Source: Octopus sinensis (lineage: Eukaryota). Taken from it: DNA of 64,000 bases. This document shows, one piece after another, positions 15,361 to 28,632 of the stretch. Every line of letters starts with the position of its first letter. The stretch's first letter is position 1. The notes beneath the pieces were generated by a model, which did no database searches, was not told the DNA's origin, and worked only from the letters and a program-made list of their open reading frames with translations. The stretch spans positions 78,368,001-78,432,000 of the forward strand of contig NC_043000.1 of NCBI RefSeq assembly GCF_006345805.1, read 5' to 3'. Both the position numbers and the translations under genes were made by a program.

Positions 15361-16252
15361 TAATGTGTGCATTATGTGGTCGGTTGAGCTGAAAATATTC
15401 ACACCTATGTTAAAAGTGCTGGCGAGTTTGCATGGCAACTATTTTTTCCCCTCAAATGAAAGACGTGACCTCTAGGACAAAATTCCCTATCTTATAAAAT
15501 GTGGCCCGATTAGACCCGAATGGAATAGGGTTATATTAACCAAAGTGTGAAAAGGGGTCTAATGGAGCTGGAAGGGGATTAAAATTTACAGTTGCGGGTG
15601 TTTAGGAATTCTCTGTTACATCAAGCTAAAAAATTTGCGCCAGCCTTTAAATCTTCAATGTGTTGCCGTCCATGATGAAGAAGTTTTGAATGCTTGCCAT
15701 GGTGAGTCTAGTGTTGTGAGAAAGAATCACTTCAAAAGTTGGTGTTTAGGAATTTTCTTTTACATCAAGTTCAAAATTTTATGCCAGCCGTTAAACTGCC
15801 ACTACATTGCTGTCCGTCGTTAAGAAATGCCAGCCATGGTGACTCTACTATCCTCAGATTCTATCCCTTCAAACTTTGGTTTCCAATATTTTTTTTCAGC
15901 TAGCAAGTTCGTCTGTCCCTTTTAAATGTTAGTGTTTTGCTGTCTGCCTTGAACCAGACCTTTCCATTGTCATTGCCTGATATTTATGATTGATCTTTGA
16001 AAATATTTTCTTTCTCCACTTACTCAAGATCTTTTGTTGTTTATAAATGGGAGAGATATAGATAGAGAAAGATAGAGAGTAAGAGAAAGCGAGGGAGAGT
16101 CCGAGAGAAAGGAAAAGTAAGAGAGTGAGAAAGTGAGAGAGAAAGGAGAGAGAAACAAAGAGGGAGAATGTGGTGATAAAAAACAGAAAGGAAGCAACAG
16201 AATGTAACAACCACACTCTTACCCGTGCGTTGAGCGGGGCACCTTTAGCTAG
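13739..16252 (+). mobile_element. non-autonomous Helitron, copy 1
   Basis: 5' A|TC(TC)TATATTATAATTCTGAAAT..AAAGTTTGTTTGTCTG; 3' hairpin CCCGTGCGTTGAGCGGG then CTAG (16249-16252). No TSD. Confidence 0.85.
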
Positions 16253-16997
16253 TCAATATCTATAAATCTGAAATACGAAAAGTTTGTTTGTCTGGTTTTG
16301 GCATTGGAACGGGTTAAAGGCCACTAGATCCCGTCGGATTGACTCCAAAATTTACAGGGACATGTAAAAGGAGGTGAGGATGTCAGTGGGCTAGGTTAGA
16401 AATCCCTATCTTAAAAGGTGTGGTTACTAAGGCAAAAAACGCACACTTTGACAAGTCTTCTCTCATTCTTTTATGTGTCTGTCTTCCTCCATCTCTCACT
16501 CTCTTTCCTCCCTTCCTTTCAATTTCTCTCTATAACGTCGTTTGACAGTGTCTACTAACTTTCCCCCGCCGCCTTCACTCTTTCTTCCACATCCTCTCTC
16601 TCTCTCTCTCTACGTCTGTCTGCATTCATAGAGAGAATTATTATCGCCACCAGCACCACACAATCATGAGTACAAATATTATGAATCAGATATGTATTGG
16701 GTTAATTTATATATGTGTGTTTGTGTGTGTCTGTTCTATATATAAATATGTATGTATAATGTATATATACAAAGTGTATATATCTGTATTTATATATATG
16801 CAGCACGGACTTTGTCAGTGAACAGGTCGCGGATTTTAGCGACGAAAATATTTTGACAAATTAAACTTAAATGCTGAAGTGAATTGAACGGCTTTTGTGT
16901 GTTTCTTAAATGGCTTATAAACACCTTCCACGCTGCAATTGTTTTCGTTTCAGCACACGATCTCAGATCAAATTACTTGCTATGCGAGTACATCTCC

Positions 16998-17040
<43 letters not shown>

Positions 17041-17103
17041 ATATATAATTTGTATACATTTGTATATATAATGCGTATATATGTACATATATATATTTAA
17101 TGC

Positions 17104-17136
<33 letters not shown>

Positions 17137-18029
17137 GTGTGCTTTATGTAGTTGGTTGAGCTGAAAATATGCACACCTATGTTAAAAGTGCTGGCGAGTT
17201 TGCATGGCAACTATTTTTTTCCTCAAATGAAAGGCGTGACCTCTAGGACAAAATTCCTCATCTTATAAAATGTGGGCCGAGTAGACCCGAATGAAATCAG
17301 GTTATATTATCCAAAATGTGAAAAGGGGTCTTAATGGGGCTGGAAGGGGATTAAAATTTACAGTTCCGGGTGTTTAGGAATTCTCTGTTACATCAAGCTA
17401 AAAAATTTGCGCCAGCCTTTTAAATCGTCAATGTGTTGCCGTCCATGATGAAGAAGTTTTGAATACTTGCCGTGGTGAGTCTAGTGTCGTGAGAAAGAAT
17501 CACTTCAGAACTTGGTGTTTAGGAATTTTCTTTTACATCAAGTTCAAAACTTTATGCCAGCTGTTAAACTGCCACTACGTTGCTGTCTGTCGTTAAGAAA
17601 TGCCAGCCATGGTGACTCTACTATCCTCAGATTCTATCCCTTCAAACTTTGGTTTCCAATATTTTTTTATTTTTATGCAGCTTGCAAGTTTGTCTGTCCA
17701 TTTTAAATGTTAGTGTTTTGCTGTCTGCCTTGAAACAGACCTTTCCATTGTCACTGCCTGATATTTATGATTGATCTTTGAAAATATTTTCTTTCTCCAC
17801 TTACTCAAGATCTTTTGTTGTTTATAAATGGGAGAGAGATAGATAAAGATAGAGAGTAAGAGAAAACAAAGGAGAGTCCAAGAGAAAGGAAGAGTAAGAG
17901 TGTGGGAAAGTGAGAGAGAAAGGAGATAGAAACAAAGAGGGAGAATGTGGTGATAAAAAACAGAAAGGAAGCAACAGAAAGTAATAACCACACTCTTACC
18001 CACGCGTAGAGCGGGCCACCTTAAGCTAG
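16253..18029 (+). mobile_element. non-autonomous Helitron, copy 2 (head-to-tail with copy 1)
   Basis: Starts TC immediately after the CTAG of copy 1 and is colinear with it. Ends CCCACGCGTAGAGCGGG..CTAG|T. Carries an extra insert at ~16800-17000. Confidence 0.85.
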
Positions 18030-18739
18030 TAATAATAATAATAATAATTAATGACTTGTATGTATGTAGTATTTCTTTATGTAACCATAATATACTATAA
18101 CGTATATTAAATGCGTAGTGAGTCAGAAAAGCTATTTGTGTTGCCATGGCATGGTACAGCTGTACTATGGCATACTCCAGCCAATCATGATTGGATGCAT
18201 AGGAATACAAAAGGCAGTTCTCTGTCCAAGCAGAGAAGCACAGTTTTTAAGCAGTCTTCTTCCAACATGAAACAGTGCTCGTTTGTGGAGCCAACCTGGA
18301 GTTATATTGGCTCTCAACTTATCATCTCTTGAACAGCCTAGTTCATTTATGCTAACTTTGTTCCTTGAAAGTCTGGATGACATCAACCACAACTCTGCCT
18401 CATAATAAATTGTATAATTTCGTTTAAGCTATTTTCATTCCTATTAGCTTCCAACGGCTTCCAACGGAATCATTTTATGCAAAAGTAAGTTATAACGCTT
18501 TACCTGACTCACATACACATACAGGCTTCACCTCTTGGTACTTGTCAGCACTCGTTTTTATTTTAATGAGTTACAATGTTTTGCTTAAAAATTGCCTTCT
18601 GACATTCATTACACAAGCTTCTCAAAAGCACATTTAATGGTCTTTGCCATAAACACTTTCATACTTTAAATAAGTGACAACATGCACTAAAAATGTTTTT
18701 ATATGTCAACACCATGTTCTACAGTGTTAGCAGTGCTTT

Positions 18740-19010
18740 TTACATTATTTTTATAAGGTTATTTCTGCAGATATTCTATAGAAATTATAGCCAGCACTGA
18801 TTTTTTGCTACAATAACTTAATACCACTGTATGCAGTAGCTATATACACAATGTGTTCGGAGGCAAGAATGGGTGCTGATGAAGTGGCAAAACCCACCGA
18901 AATATGGCATATACACTCATTGATATGAAACATTGTAGCAAAAATCAGTGATGGCTATAATTTCTATAGAATATCTGTAGAAATAATCTTAACAAAATAG
19001 CAATAAAACT
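18740..19010. repeat. inverted repeat with a hammerhead-like motif in the spacer (18871-18912, +)
   Basis: Arms gatattctatagaaattatagcc..gctacaat / attgtagc..ggctataatttctatagaatatc. Spacer CTGATGA-AGTGG caaaac CCAC-CGAAATATG. Confidence 0.75.
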
Positions 19011-19450
19011 TTCTACTATAGGCAGAAGGCCTGAAATTTGCAGGGAGGAGACTAGTTGATTACATCAACCCCAGTGTTTCACTGATACTTAATTCATGAA
19101 CCCTGAAAAGATGAAAGGTAAAGTCGACCTCGGAGGAATTTGAACTAAGAACATAACAGCAGATGAAATACTGCTAAGCATTTCACCTGGTGTGGTAACA
19201 ATTCTGCTAGCTTGCTGCCTTAAATAATAATAATAACAATCCTTTCTGCTATGGGCACAAGGTATGAAATTTGGAGGATGATGATAGTCGATTATGTTGC
19301 CCCAGTACTCAACTGGTACTTATTTTATCAACCCTGAAAGGATGAAAGGCAAAGTTGATCTTGGCAGAATTTGAACTTAGAACATCATGACAGGTGAAAT
19401 ACTGCTAAGCATTTCGCTTGGTGTGCTAATTATTTTGCCAGCTCATTGTC
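19010..19450 (-). mobile_element. two tandem Meta-like tRNA SINEs
   Basis: Same motifs as 12620-13736, separated by (AAT)n. Confidence 0.8.
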
Positions 19451-19530
19451 TTCATAATAATAATAATAATAATAATAATATAATAATAATAATAATAATG
19501 ATGATGATAATAGTAATAATAATAATAATA

Positions 19531-19564
<34 letters not shown>

Positions 19565-19611
19565 TAATGATGATGATAATAGTAATAATAATGATAATAA
19601 TAATAATAATA

Positions 19612-19650
<39 letters not shown>

Positions 19651-19689
19651 CAATAATAATAATAATAAATATATTAAAATATATTATAA

Positions 19690-19911
19690 TAAAAAAAAAT
19701 ATTCAGACAAATACATAACAAAAACACCAGGACTTACAAACACATATAACATACAGAAAATTGCACTACTAGGCACTGCACACATCCTACACAGAACACT
19801 TTCCATACAATAACCATCAGAGCATCACAACAAATCACAGCACATACCTAAGGCACACAGAGCTGCTCTCGGTCGTGAAGTGAAAGCACGCTATAAAAAT
19901 AAAACTACTGA
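19690..19911 (+). mobile_element. short 3' fragment of R4/Dong-like family B in (AAT)n
   Basis: Near-identical to 12343-12562, with long (AAT)n on both sides. Confidence 0.9.
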
Positions 19912-19913
19912 CC

Positions 19914-20030
<117 letters not shown>

Positions 20031-20639
20031 CAGCTACAAAAATTAGCAGCACATGCCAGAAACCAAAGAAATTGCAGCATGTGGTGAGCATGTTGGCATG
20101 TTTATGATATCAGCTTCAAGCTAATACCATAAGCAAGCAGACAAGCTAGAGGTGTGTTCATAGAATTATTCATGGTTGATGGAGAATCACATACCTACTA
20201 CCCACTCATCCAATCACTCACACATATTAACATCCTGCTTACCATACCAACACACACACACGCATATTACACTGAAACATACTCACACACACACACACAC
20301 ATACATACATGTTCACTGAAGCATCTAGGTGCACAATATTGAAACATACCTACGTGAACTACTTTTAAAATTTACACTCTTCCTCCTGGCGTCGTAAAAA
20401 TTTTATAATCTTTCACGAGGACATTTATATACATATATATATATATATATATATAGTTAATCCAAACATGAAAACACAATATATATATATATATATATAT
20501 ATTTAAGGAAAAGCACCAGGAAAATGATATTGTTGATATTTCAATTGATTCATTACCTCTATTTTTCAATAATTACTGTAACTGTTGCATATACCTGTTT
20601 GTCTGTCTGTCTGCCTGCATATCTATCTAAAGTGAATAT

Positions 20640-23600
20640 GTTTACTACTATAAACACTGCCTCCACCACTGCTACCCACGAATACTGAAAACAATTTTGC
20701 CGCGGCTTTAAAGCTAAAGAAAAAATCACGTGCTTTTTGAAGGAAGAACTGCTTGCCTGTAAAACAATGCTTAAAAAAGATGACCTCCGCATTCAACTAC
20801 AGACACCACAAAACATCACAGAAAAAATCGCAAAATAAACAATTATCTACAAGACACTTAACCTAAAAACAAAGCTATATGAAAGGGCCACTCAAGAAAA
20901 TATAGAAACACATTTAAGGCCCATATAGGCCTTTAAATACTACATCTCAGTGGGAAATAGATTTGCCATGATTGAAGTGAGATTCGACAGTGAAGAAAGA
21001 GCCAAGGACCTCTCCACAAAGTCCTTTCAATTTGAAAATTTACTGAGGATCCCGACATACCTTGGTCATAGAATCACAAAAATAACAAAAAAAATGTGCC
21101 CCTTGAAATAGAAATAAAATGGCTTGTATCTGCTATTTGCTATAACATCGCGAATGAAATCCATATCTTGGAAATCGCTGTCCTGGACCAGCAAAACTGC
21201 AAGGTGTCAAAATCCTTGCTCAAATCAATCCAATGAATTTCAAAAAAATTCCACATCAAATCTAATTGACAGAAGATTCGAGTTTGCATGTGGCCGTTAA
21301 AGGCAGAAAGCCACGTTGCTACATTTGTGGTAGCAAAGCACACTTAAAAATTAATTGTTTACTAGCACAGAAATGACAACAACAGCAACAACAACGACAA
21401 CTTCATGAAAAAACAGCAACAACAAACACAAGAAAATCAAAAATCGAGCAAAAAAACCAGCACTGTTACCCACACCACCTTTTGCACAACTAATGAAACA
21501 GCTCTACAAACAAATAAGCCAGCCTAACCAAACAACACCACCACCAGCGCCACCAAGAACAGAAACATCATCATCACCACCATCAACAACAACTTCAAAG
21601 GAAGAAGAGAAAACCAAAAAGACTCATACCCCACCCCCAAAATCCCATACACCACATCTCAACTGTCACCAACCAGCACCAACACCAACAACAAATTCAA
21701 CAGACTCAGGAATAGACCCCAATATCCTTCCCCACCTACCTGATTCCTCCCACACAGAGGATTGGCAAGTGGCCACAGGGGGAAGTAGAAAAAGCGGGGG
21801 GTGGGGAGAATAGAGAAGCAGACAAACAAAGCAGGATTTTCAGTTTGATGATGGCACGATGGTCAGTCAGTAGCAGATGGCGGACATGTTTGCCACTGCC
21901 ACCCAAACTTTTAGGGACAGCTTCCTCTCAGCCCATTGCTTTTAAAAGCATCGACACAAACATATTAACACCAAACCCCACAACAATGTTGGCAGCTATA
22001 ACCACCAACAATCCAGACCTAATGGAATATATTAGGTCAAACACCAACATAACAAAAATGATACCAAAACAAAGAATCACCCATGCACAACACCACCACA
22101 ATGCATTAAAATCATACACATACAGCACACTGAAATCTCTCTACCTGGATGTAGTTGGGAGATTTCAAAGATACCTGTCTAAAAAACTAAAGAAAAATCT
22201 TCTGGGAGAAAGACTGTGAGGTGAAGGACAAAGAACTTTCAACAGTGACTTTCTCTCTCTCTTTCATCTTCTTTTTGTGTGTAAAACACAACTTTCAATA
22301 GGAACATGCTCAAAATACGCAGTATAAATGTACGTGGCTTGGGGTAAACAGTAACACCAACAAAATGTATACGTCAAATATGCTCACAGCCATAAACACT
22401 AAAAACACAGAGTTGATGTATTACATCACCTCAAAAACAAACCTGACAGAAGACGACATAAAAATAAACAACCACCCATACACAATACCTCCAGAACACA
22501 CCAAAATTATGCACATGACACCAACCTTGCACCATACACTAAAATCCCTCTATCCCAAAGCGAGTGGGGTGGCCACCCTCGACCGGCAATGGGCTGAGAG
22601 GAAGCTGTCCCTAAAAGTTCGGGTGGCGGTGGCAAACATGTCCGCCATCTGCTACTGACTGACCATCGTGCCATCACCAAACTGGAACACATTCTCTTCC
22701 GCTTCTTGTGGAAAGGAAGCATTCCGATGGTCAGGTGATCCGTTTGCTGCCAACACCCACTAAAAGGAGGCCTGGGCATGCAGTGGTTGATGATGCGCAG
22801 ACACGCACTGAGACTGCAACATCTCTGGCTCTACATAGATGATGGTGAACAGCTGTGGTCAAAGTTTGTGAGGCACGCTTTCCCGCACCTCGTCTCCATG
22901 ACTGAACGGCAGTCAAAAAGAGGCTGAAGAAGGGTGAATGGCACCACAGGTGCCGTGTTGCTCTCAAGCAAATATGCTGTCCCGGGTCGACCTTGAGCAA
23001 CTGCAGCACAACCAAAGCATTCTATAGGGGATTAGTGGAGGGGAGGTATGATGACAATCTCGAGGTGAACCTGGGCATTGATGAGTAATACCTGACCCGC
23101 CTGTCCAAGATGACTTTCAGGGCGGGACCTATGGACAACTTCCAGAGATCTGTGGCCTGGCAGTGTTGTCCAGAAGCACTACCCATTTGGGATAAGCTCT
23201 ACAAGCATGGCTCGAAAAACACGGGGCCGACCTACCTGAGATGCGGTCAGACCGACGAAACCATTCTGCATGCACTCGTACAGTGTCCAACCGTTTCTGA
23301 CCTGTGGGCTTATGTCAAACGACTGCTATCATATGTGGGATGAGTCAGTTTATCAACCGAGTCTGTCGTGAATATTGTTGCGTTTCCTTCCTTGAAACGG
23401 GAAGGAAGAGCCATTTTTATCATACTTGTGGCTATGGCAAAAGAATGTATATGGTGGACGCATCTGAAAGGCCTAGAGAGAAACATTTTTATCTCTGGTC
23501 AATCTTACATCAACTTCTTCAAGTATCACTTGAAGAGGAAGGTGAGAGTAGAGAGGGAAATTTTGTCTAGTGAATGTTTCAATAAAAGCTGGGTGAATGT

Positions 23601-23925
23601 ACCCAGGATGGCACATGTGAATGATGGAGCCACCTTGAGCATTATCCTATGAACCAGAAAAAAAAGGCAAAAAAGAGTCAGTGTAATGTGTCTTTTGCAT
23701 GATATTATTGCCCAAGGTTACTGTGGTCTTTTCTTTCCACGGATAAACCTAATCTGTTTTCCCTTTTACATTATGACATTTCTGTGAAACATGATCCCTA
23801 TTGATTGGCTTCCTTTTCTTTTTTTTTCCTTCTTTCCACGAACACTTTTGATCGAAATTCTACCCCCACCCTTTACTTTTTCTCTTTCCAAATACTTTGT
23901 ATTTTGTCCCCTCTGTGTTCAGCCT
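20640..23925 (+). mobile_element. rearranged, decayed L1/Tx1-clade LINE(s)
   Basis: ORF1 knuckle VAVKGRKPRCYICGSKAHLKINC (~21290-21360), ORF2 start MLKIRSINVRGLG (~22307), FLWKG..KGGLG, RCGQTDETILHALVQCP, AKECIWW. 3' UTR runs to ~23925. Confidence 0.8.
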
Positions 23926-23937
23926 TATCTTGAATGT

Positions 23938-24772
23938 TGAGGACTGTTGAGGACATACGTAGGCTTGAAAGAAATGAAGCTAGTATAATCTGCTGAATGT
24001 GTAATGTCAGTGTGCACACATGACAGAGTGTAAGTGCCCCGAAAGAAATGCTGGACATAAGAAGCATCTGATGCAGTGTGCAAGAGAGACAACTGCGCTG
24101 GTATGGTCATGTGTCACTCCCTAACAGTGGAAGGAACCCATGGAAGAAGGAGACCCAGGAAGACATGGGATGAGGTGGTGAAACACGACCTTTGAAAGTT
24201 GGGCCTCACAGATGCAATGACAAGAGATATGCTGTGATTGTGAAGACTCAGTAATTAAAGTGAGATCACAACCGTCGCCTATACCAGTGTCGCATAACCA
24301 ACCCATTTAAAAAGTACCTTTGAATTGTTGGGTGACATGCTGTGCTTGAGTCAAGTAAAATCAAAATCAAAATCACTCTCAGAATCTCAACCAAATCGAA
24401 ATGAAAATGGAAATTGCAGTTGTGGCCGATGCCAGTGCCACCTGACTGGCTCCCTGTGACTTGTAAAAAGCACCATTCAAATGTGGTCAATGCCAGACCC
24501 TACCCCTGACTGGCTCCTGTGCTAGTAGCATGTAAAAAGCACAGTCCAAACATGGCTGATGCTAGTGCCGCTCGACTGGCTCCTGTGCCGGTGGCACAAA
24601 AAAAGCACCAAATACACTCTCAGAGTTGTTGGCATTAGGAAGGGCATCCAGCTGTAGAAACCTTGCCAGATCAGATTGGAGCCTGGTGCAGCCTCCTGGC
24701 TTCCAAGTCCCCAGTCAAACCATCCAACCCATGCCAGCATGGAAAACAGACATTAAATGATAATGATGATAA
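23938..24772 (+). mobile_element. RTE-clade LINE 3' fragment with repetitive 3' UTR and (TGA)n tail
   Basis: Homologous to the minus-strand copies at 31235, 40544 and 43699. Confidence 0.85.
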
Positions 24773-24779
24773 TATGCAC

Positions 24780-25920
24780 CCATATTTTCAATACACTTTT
24801 GCCATTTCAGCAGTAGCTTGACCAGCCTGGAACTGTAAAAGCCTGGCAATCTGTATTCAATAAAATTTTGGAAGGCCTGTTTACAGCAACGAAGGAATTA
24901 AATTTTTTTCCTATCAAAAAGTTATCCAAATCCTGGAAGATGTGGTAGTCAGTGGGGGCAGTATGGTGGATGATGGAGAACTTCCAACTTCAACTCCTGT
25001 AGCTTCACCAATGTCATTATTGCGATTTCTGATCTGGTATTGTCTTGCAATAAAAAGGAGTGGATCTGTTGACTAATCTAGGCTGTTTTTTTGTAAGTTT
25101 CTGCATTATTTGGTCCAGTTGGCTGCAGTATACTTCAGCCATGATTGATGGGCCAGGTTTAATGAAATCATAATGGATCACACCTGCACCAGACCACCAA
25201 ACACACACCATCAGCTCCTTTTGCTCTTTGGACTGTGTTTTGGTGGCTTGTCTTTGTCCAACCATTGTGCTGAACGTTTAGAGTTGTATTAGATCCATTT
25301 CTCATCACATGTTACAATTTAATTAAAAAATGATTCATTTTTGTAATGAGAAAGTAGCATAATGCAGGCTTCCAAACGTTGCTGTTTCTGATTTTCATTG
25401 AGTTCATGTGGAACCCACTAGTCCAATTTTTCGCTTTACCGATTTGCTAACACCAAACAACAATGATAATTCATGGGCACTTTGAGATGGATCTGACTCA
25501 ACAGTGGCTTTCAGTTCATCATTATCTACCTTGGTTTCTGGTCGTCCGTGTTGCTCATTTGTGAGATCAAAGTTATCAGAATGAAACTTTGTAAATCAAT
25601 TCGCTACTGTCTGCTGTGTAATAACATTAGAATGAAATACTCCATTAATATTCTGAACTGTCTGTGATGCTGTATTTCCAAGAAAGAACTCATATTTCAA
25701 AACTGTACAAATTTCCAACTTATCCATCTCTAAACAAAAGTAGCAAAAAACAATTTATAAATATTTTATAAAGTGAAAAATGAGTTAGAATAAAGGAATA
25801 GATGTGTCAGCTTTCTAACAAAAAATAAAGATTGTCAAAATATAATAATGGCGCAAAATGAGCAGTTGTCAAAGTTTACCATATACCTTACTACAAATTT
25901 CATGCTTGACAACCTAATAT
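24780..25920 (-). mobile_element. mariner transposon fossil
   Basis: Minus strand: GRPETK, WVPHEL, TCDEKW, MVCVWWS..GVIHYDF, YCSQL. Terminus tattaggttgtcaagcatg at ~25900-25920. Confidence 0.85.
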
Positions 25921-26029
25921 ATATTAGGTGTGTAAGGTATTTGAGGACAAATTTGTTTTTTTTAAAAACATACTTATATTAATAGAAAACAACTTTATTA
26001 AAGGAAAAATTTGTTTATTATCTTCTTTA

Positions 26030-26392
26030 TATCAGGTCATCCCATAAGTTCTGTCCGATTTTACCTTTCTTAAAATTGAATGAAATTTAATATTTTAGAA
26101 TGTTATTTTTATGCATTTGTGTACATTTAAACTAATTAAATATTATTTTACAGAATAATAGAATAAAAATTTCCTTGATTAAAACCTTTCTAACATGGAA
26201 GTATACAAAGAGCATTTAAAGCACGTAATGTTTTATGAGTACAAAAAAAGAAACTCTGCAGCCGAAGCGACTCAAAACACACTCAGTTTATGGGAAAGAA
26301 TGCTTGAATGAAAGAACTTGCAGAAGATGGTTTGCAAAATTCAGAAGTGGAGATTTCAGCCTTGATGCTGAAGATTATGGGATGACCTGATA
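26030..26392 (+). mobile_element. mariner deletion derivative (MITE)
   Basis: TIRs TATCAGGTCATCCCATAA / TTATGGGATGACCTGATA; internal HTH remnant CLNERTCRRWFAKFRSGDFSL. Confidence 0.85.
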
Positions 26393-26916
26393 TGATCTTT
26401 GTTCATTATCTTCTTTATAATCTTAATCAATGTAGCCACTTTCAGCATCAGTAACTGTTATGTGAGATCTGGTCCATGTATCCATGGAAAAGTGATCATG
26501 GAAATGAGGATGAGGACTGTAATGATAATGATGTTCATGTATCTATATTTATATATTTTAATAGAATTCAAATTATCCTCAGAGCCCTACAGTCTTAAAT
26601 CAAGAAGAATAAATTATCCAATAAAATCCCTGATATACAAGAGAGGGATAGTCATGGCTGGAATACCTTTGATGAAAGGTAACGGTTTCCAATTTTGACA
26701 CAGGGGCAGCAATTCTGAGGGAGGGCGATAGTCAAATATATTGACCCCAGTATTCAGCTGGCACTTATTTTATTGGCCTGAAAGGATGAAAGGCAAAGTT
26801 GACCCTGGCAGAATTTAAACTCAGAACATAAAGATGGACAAAATGATGTTAAGCATTTGGCCCTGTATGCTAACAATTCTGCTAGCTTGCCACCATAATA
26901 ACAATAACAATAATAC

Positions 26917-27370
26917 GATTGGAAGTGTTATCATGTACATGTTTTGTCTTGTTATAAAAGATGGGCTACAGCAAATATTCTGCTCAATACACAAATTTGC
27001 TTGACCTTAACCAATTGAGCATGTCCCCTAGTGGCTGATGATACGTGCATCTCTGATCATGAGCAGAAGTAGTGTTGAGAGGAATTCTTTGGGGTTTGAA
27101 TAATTCACCTCTGGAAACATAGGTGTTTTGTTCATCATCCTTAAACAAACCTTATTCAGGGACTTTTTGAGTGGAATGGGCTACTCAGTCTGAAGAAAAT
27201 TCTAACTGAGCCCCACCTGCAAGGTCATGTGTTGTTTATTTTGATATGAAACCACTATGTCATGCACATATGGTTGTGATGCATGTGCCTGGTGTACCCT
27301 TAGATGTGTAGTCATGCTTCGTATATTTTGCCCCAGTGTCACTTTGATGGCATGCACTGATCCCTCACAC
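26917..27370. mobile_element. ~450 bp non-coding repeat embedded in (AAT)n; second copy inverted at 50086-50560
   Basis: The two copies are reverse complements of each other and both are flanked by AAT/ATT runs. Meta-like SINEs lie adjacent at 26683-26895 and 27395-27585. Confidence 0.75.
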
Positions 27371-27589
27371 AATAATAATAATTATAATCATCATGTCTAC
27401 TATAGGCACAAAGCCTATAATTTGCAGGGATAGGGTCAGTCAAGATCCTTGTGTGTAACTGGTACTTATTTGATTGACTCCAAAAGGATGAAAGGCAAAG
27501 TTGACCATGGTGGAATTTGAACTCAGAATGTAAGGACAGACGAAATGCTGCTAAGCAGTTTACTCGGCATGCTAATGATTCTGCCTCAT

Positions 27590-28520
27590 AAACACTGAAC
27601 GACCACTGAAATATGGAGACAGTTGTTTATGAGGCAGAAGTAACAGCAACAGGATCTAATGGACAACTGACCATGCAGAAGTATGTGGGGGCAACAGAAA
27701 GCTCCTTCAGAACCTGCTTTAATAACCACAAGTTCTGCTTCAATATCCCAAGCATGTTTGGGCTTTGAAAGAAAGTTTCACAGAGTATAGCATAAAGTGG
27801 AAGATCCTAAAAAAAATGCAAACCATGCTTCAATACCGGCAGGAAGTTCAGATTATGCCTGGCTGAGAAGAGAGCAATTTTAAAAGGTACTCAATGCCTA
27901 AATATCTACTTGAATAGTAGGAGTGAGGTAATTAATCCCTATAATAGTAGGAGTGAGGTATTTAATCCCTATAAGGCAGACACTTCACAAAAAGCACCCA
28001 TGTACCACACGCACACCCCACAAAATAGACGTCTCCCATCACCCCCAACACGCCCCTGCACACAAATTGTACCCCCACACACATTACACACTGCACACTA
28101 ACATAAAAAACCCGCAACTGTATCCTTTACAGAAATAAAACAGACCAATGAACACAGCTATATATACCTACACCCCACCAAAAGAATTATGCATATGAAA
28201 CCACTATACAAATCACGCCCCCACCCCCACAGAAGCACCACATTAATAATACACATCTTCCCCACTTCAAGATAACTCACAGCATAGCCAACCAAGGGAC
28301 ATAACTCCTAATCTAATTCCTTGGCCCTTTTTTGTTTCACCACCTTTTTTCACAGCAATTGCTAACCGGTTATGCAAATCTACATTTGACAATAGAGAGC
28401 AGTCACCATATTCCCTTCCATATTGGCTAACTCAGATGAGCGTAAAGTTATATAATCGGACTGTTATCTAACACTCCATTGTATTCCTTACATGAAACTG
28501 ATTGGTAAGATCAGCCGTGA
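27590..28520 (+). mobile_element. PLE 3' fragment (GIY-YIG remnant + 3' repeat with HHR at 28425-28516)
   Basis: VVYEAEV..KYVGATESSFRTCFNNHKFCF..LCLAEK..LNSRSE. HHR-like GGCTAACT-CAGATGA-GCGTAA..TTACAT-GAAAC-TGATTG-GTA-AGATCAGCC. Confidence 0.75.
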
Positions 28521-28582
28521 TGAATATTTAATACTATACATTTTGGATAATATATATAGATGCATATGACTTTATGAAAACA

Positions 28583-28632
<50 letters not shown>

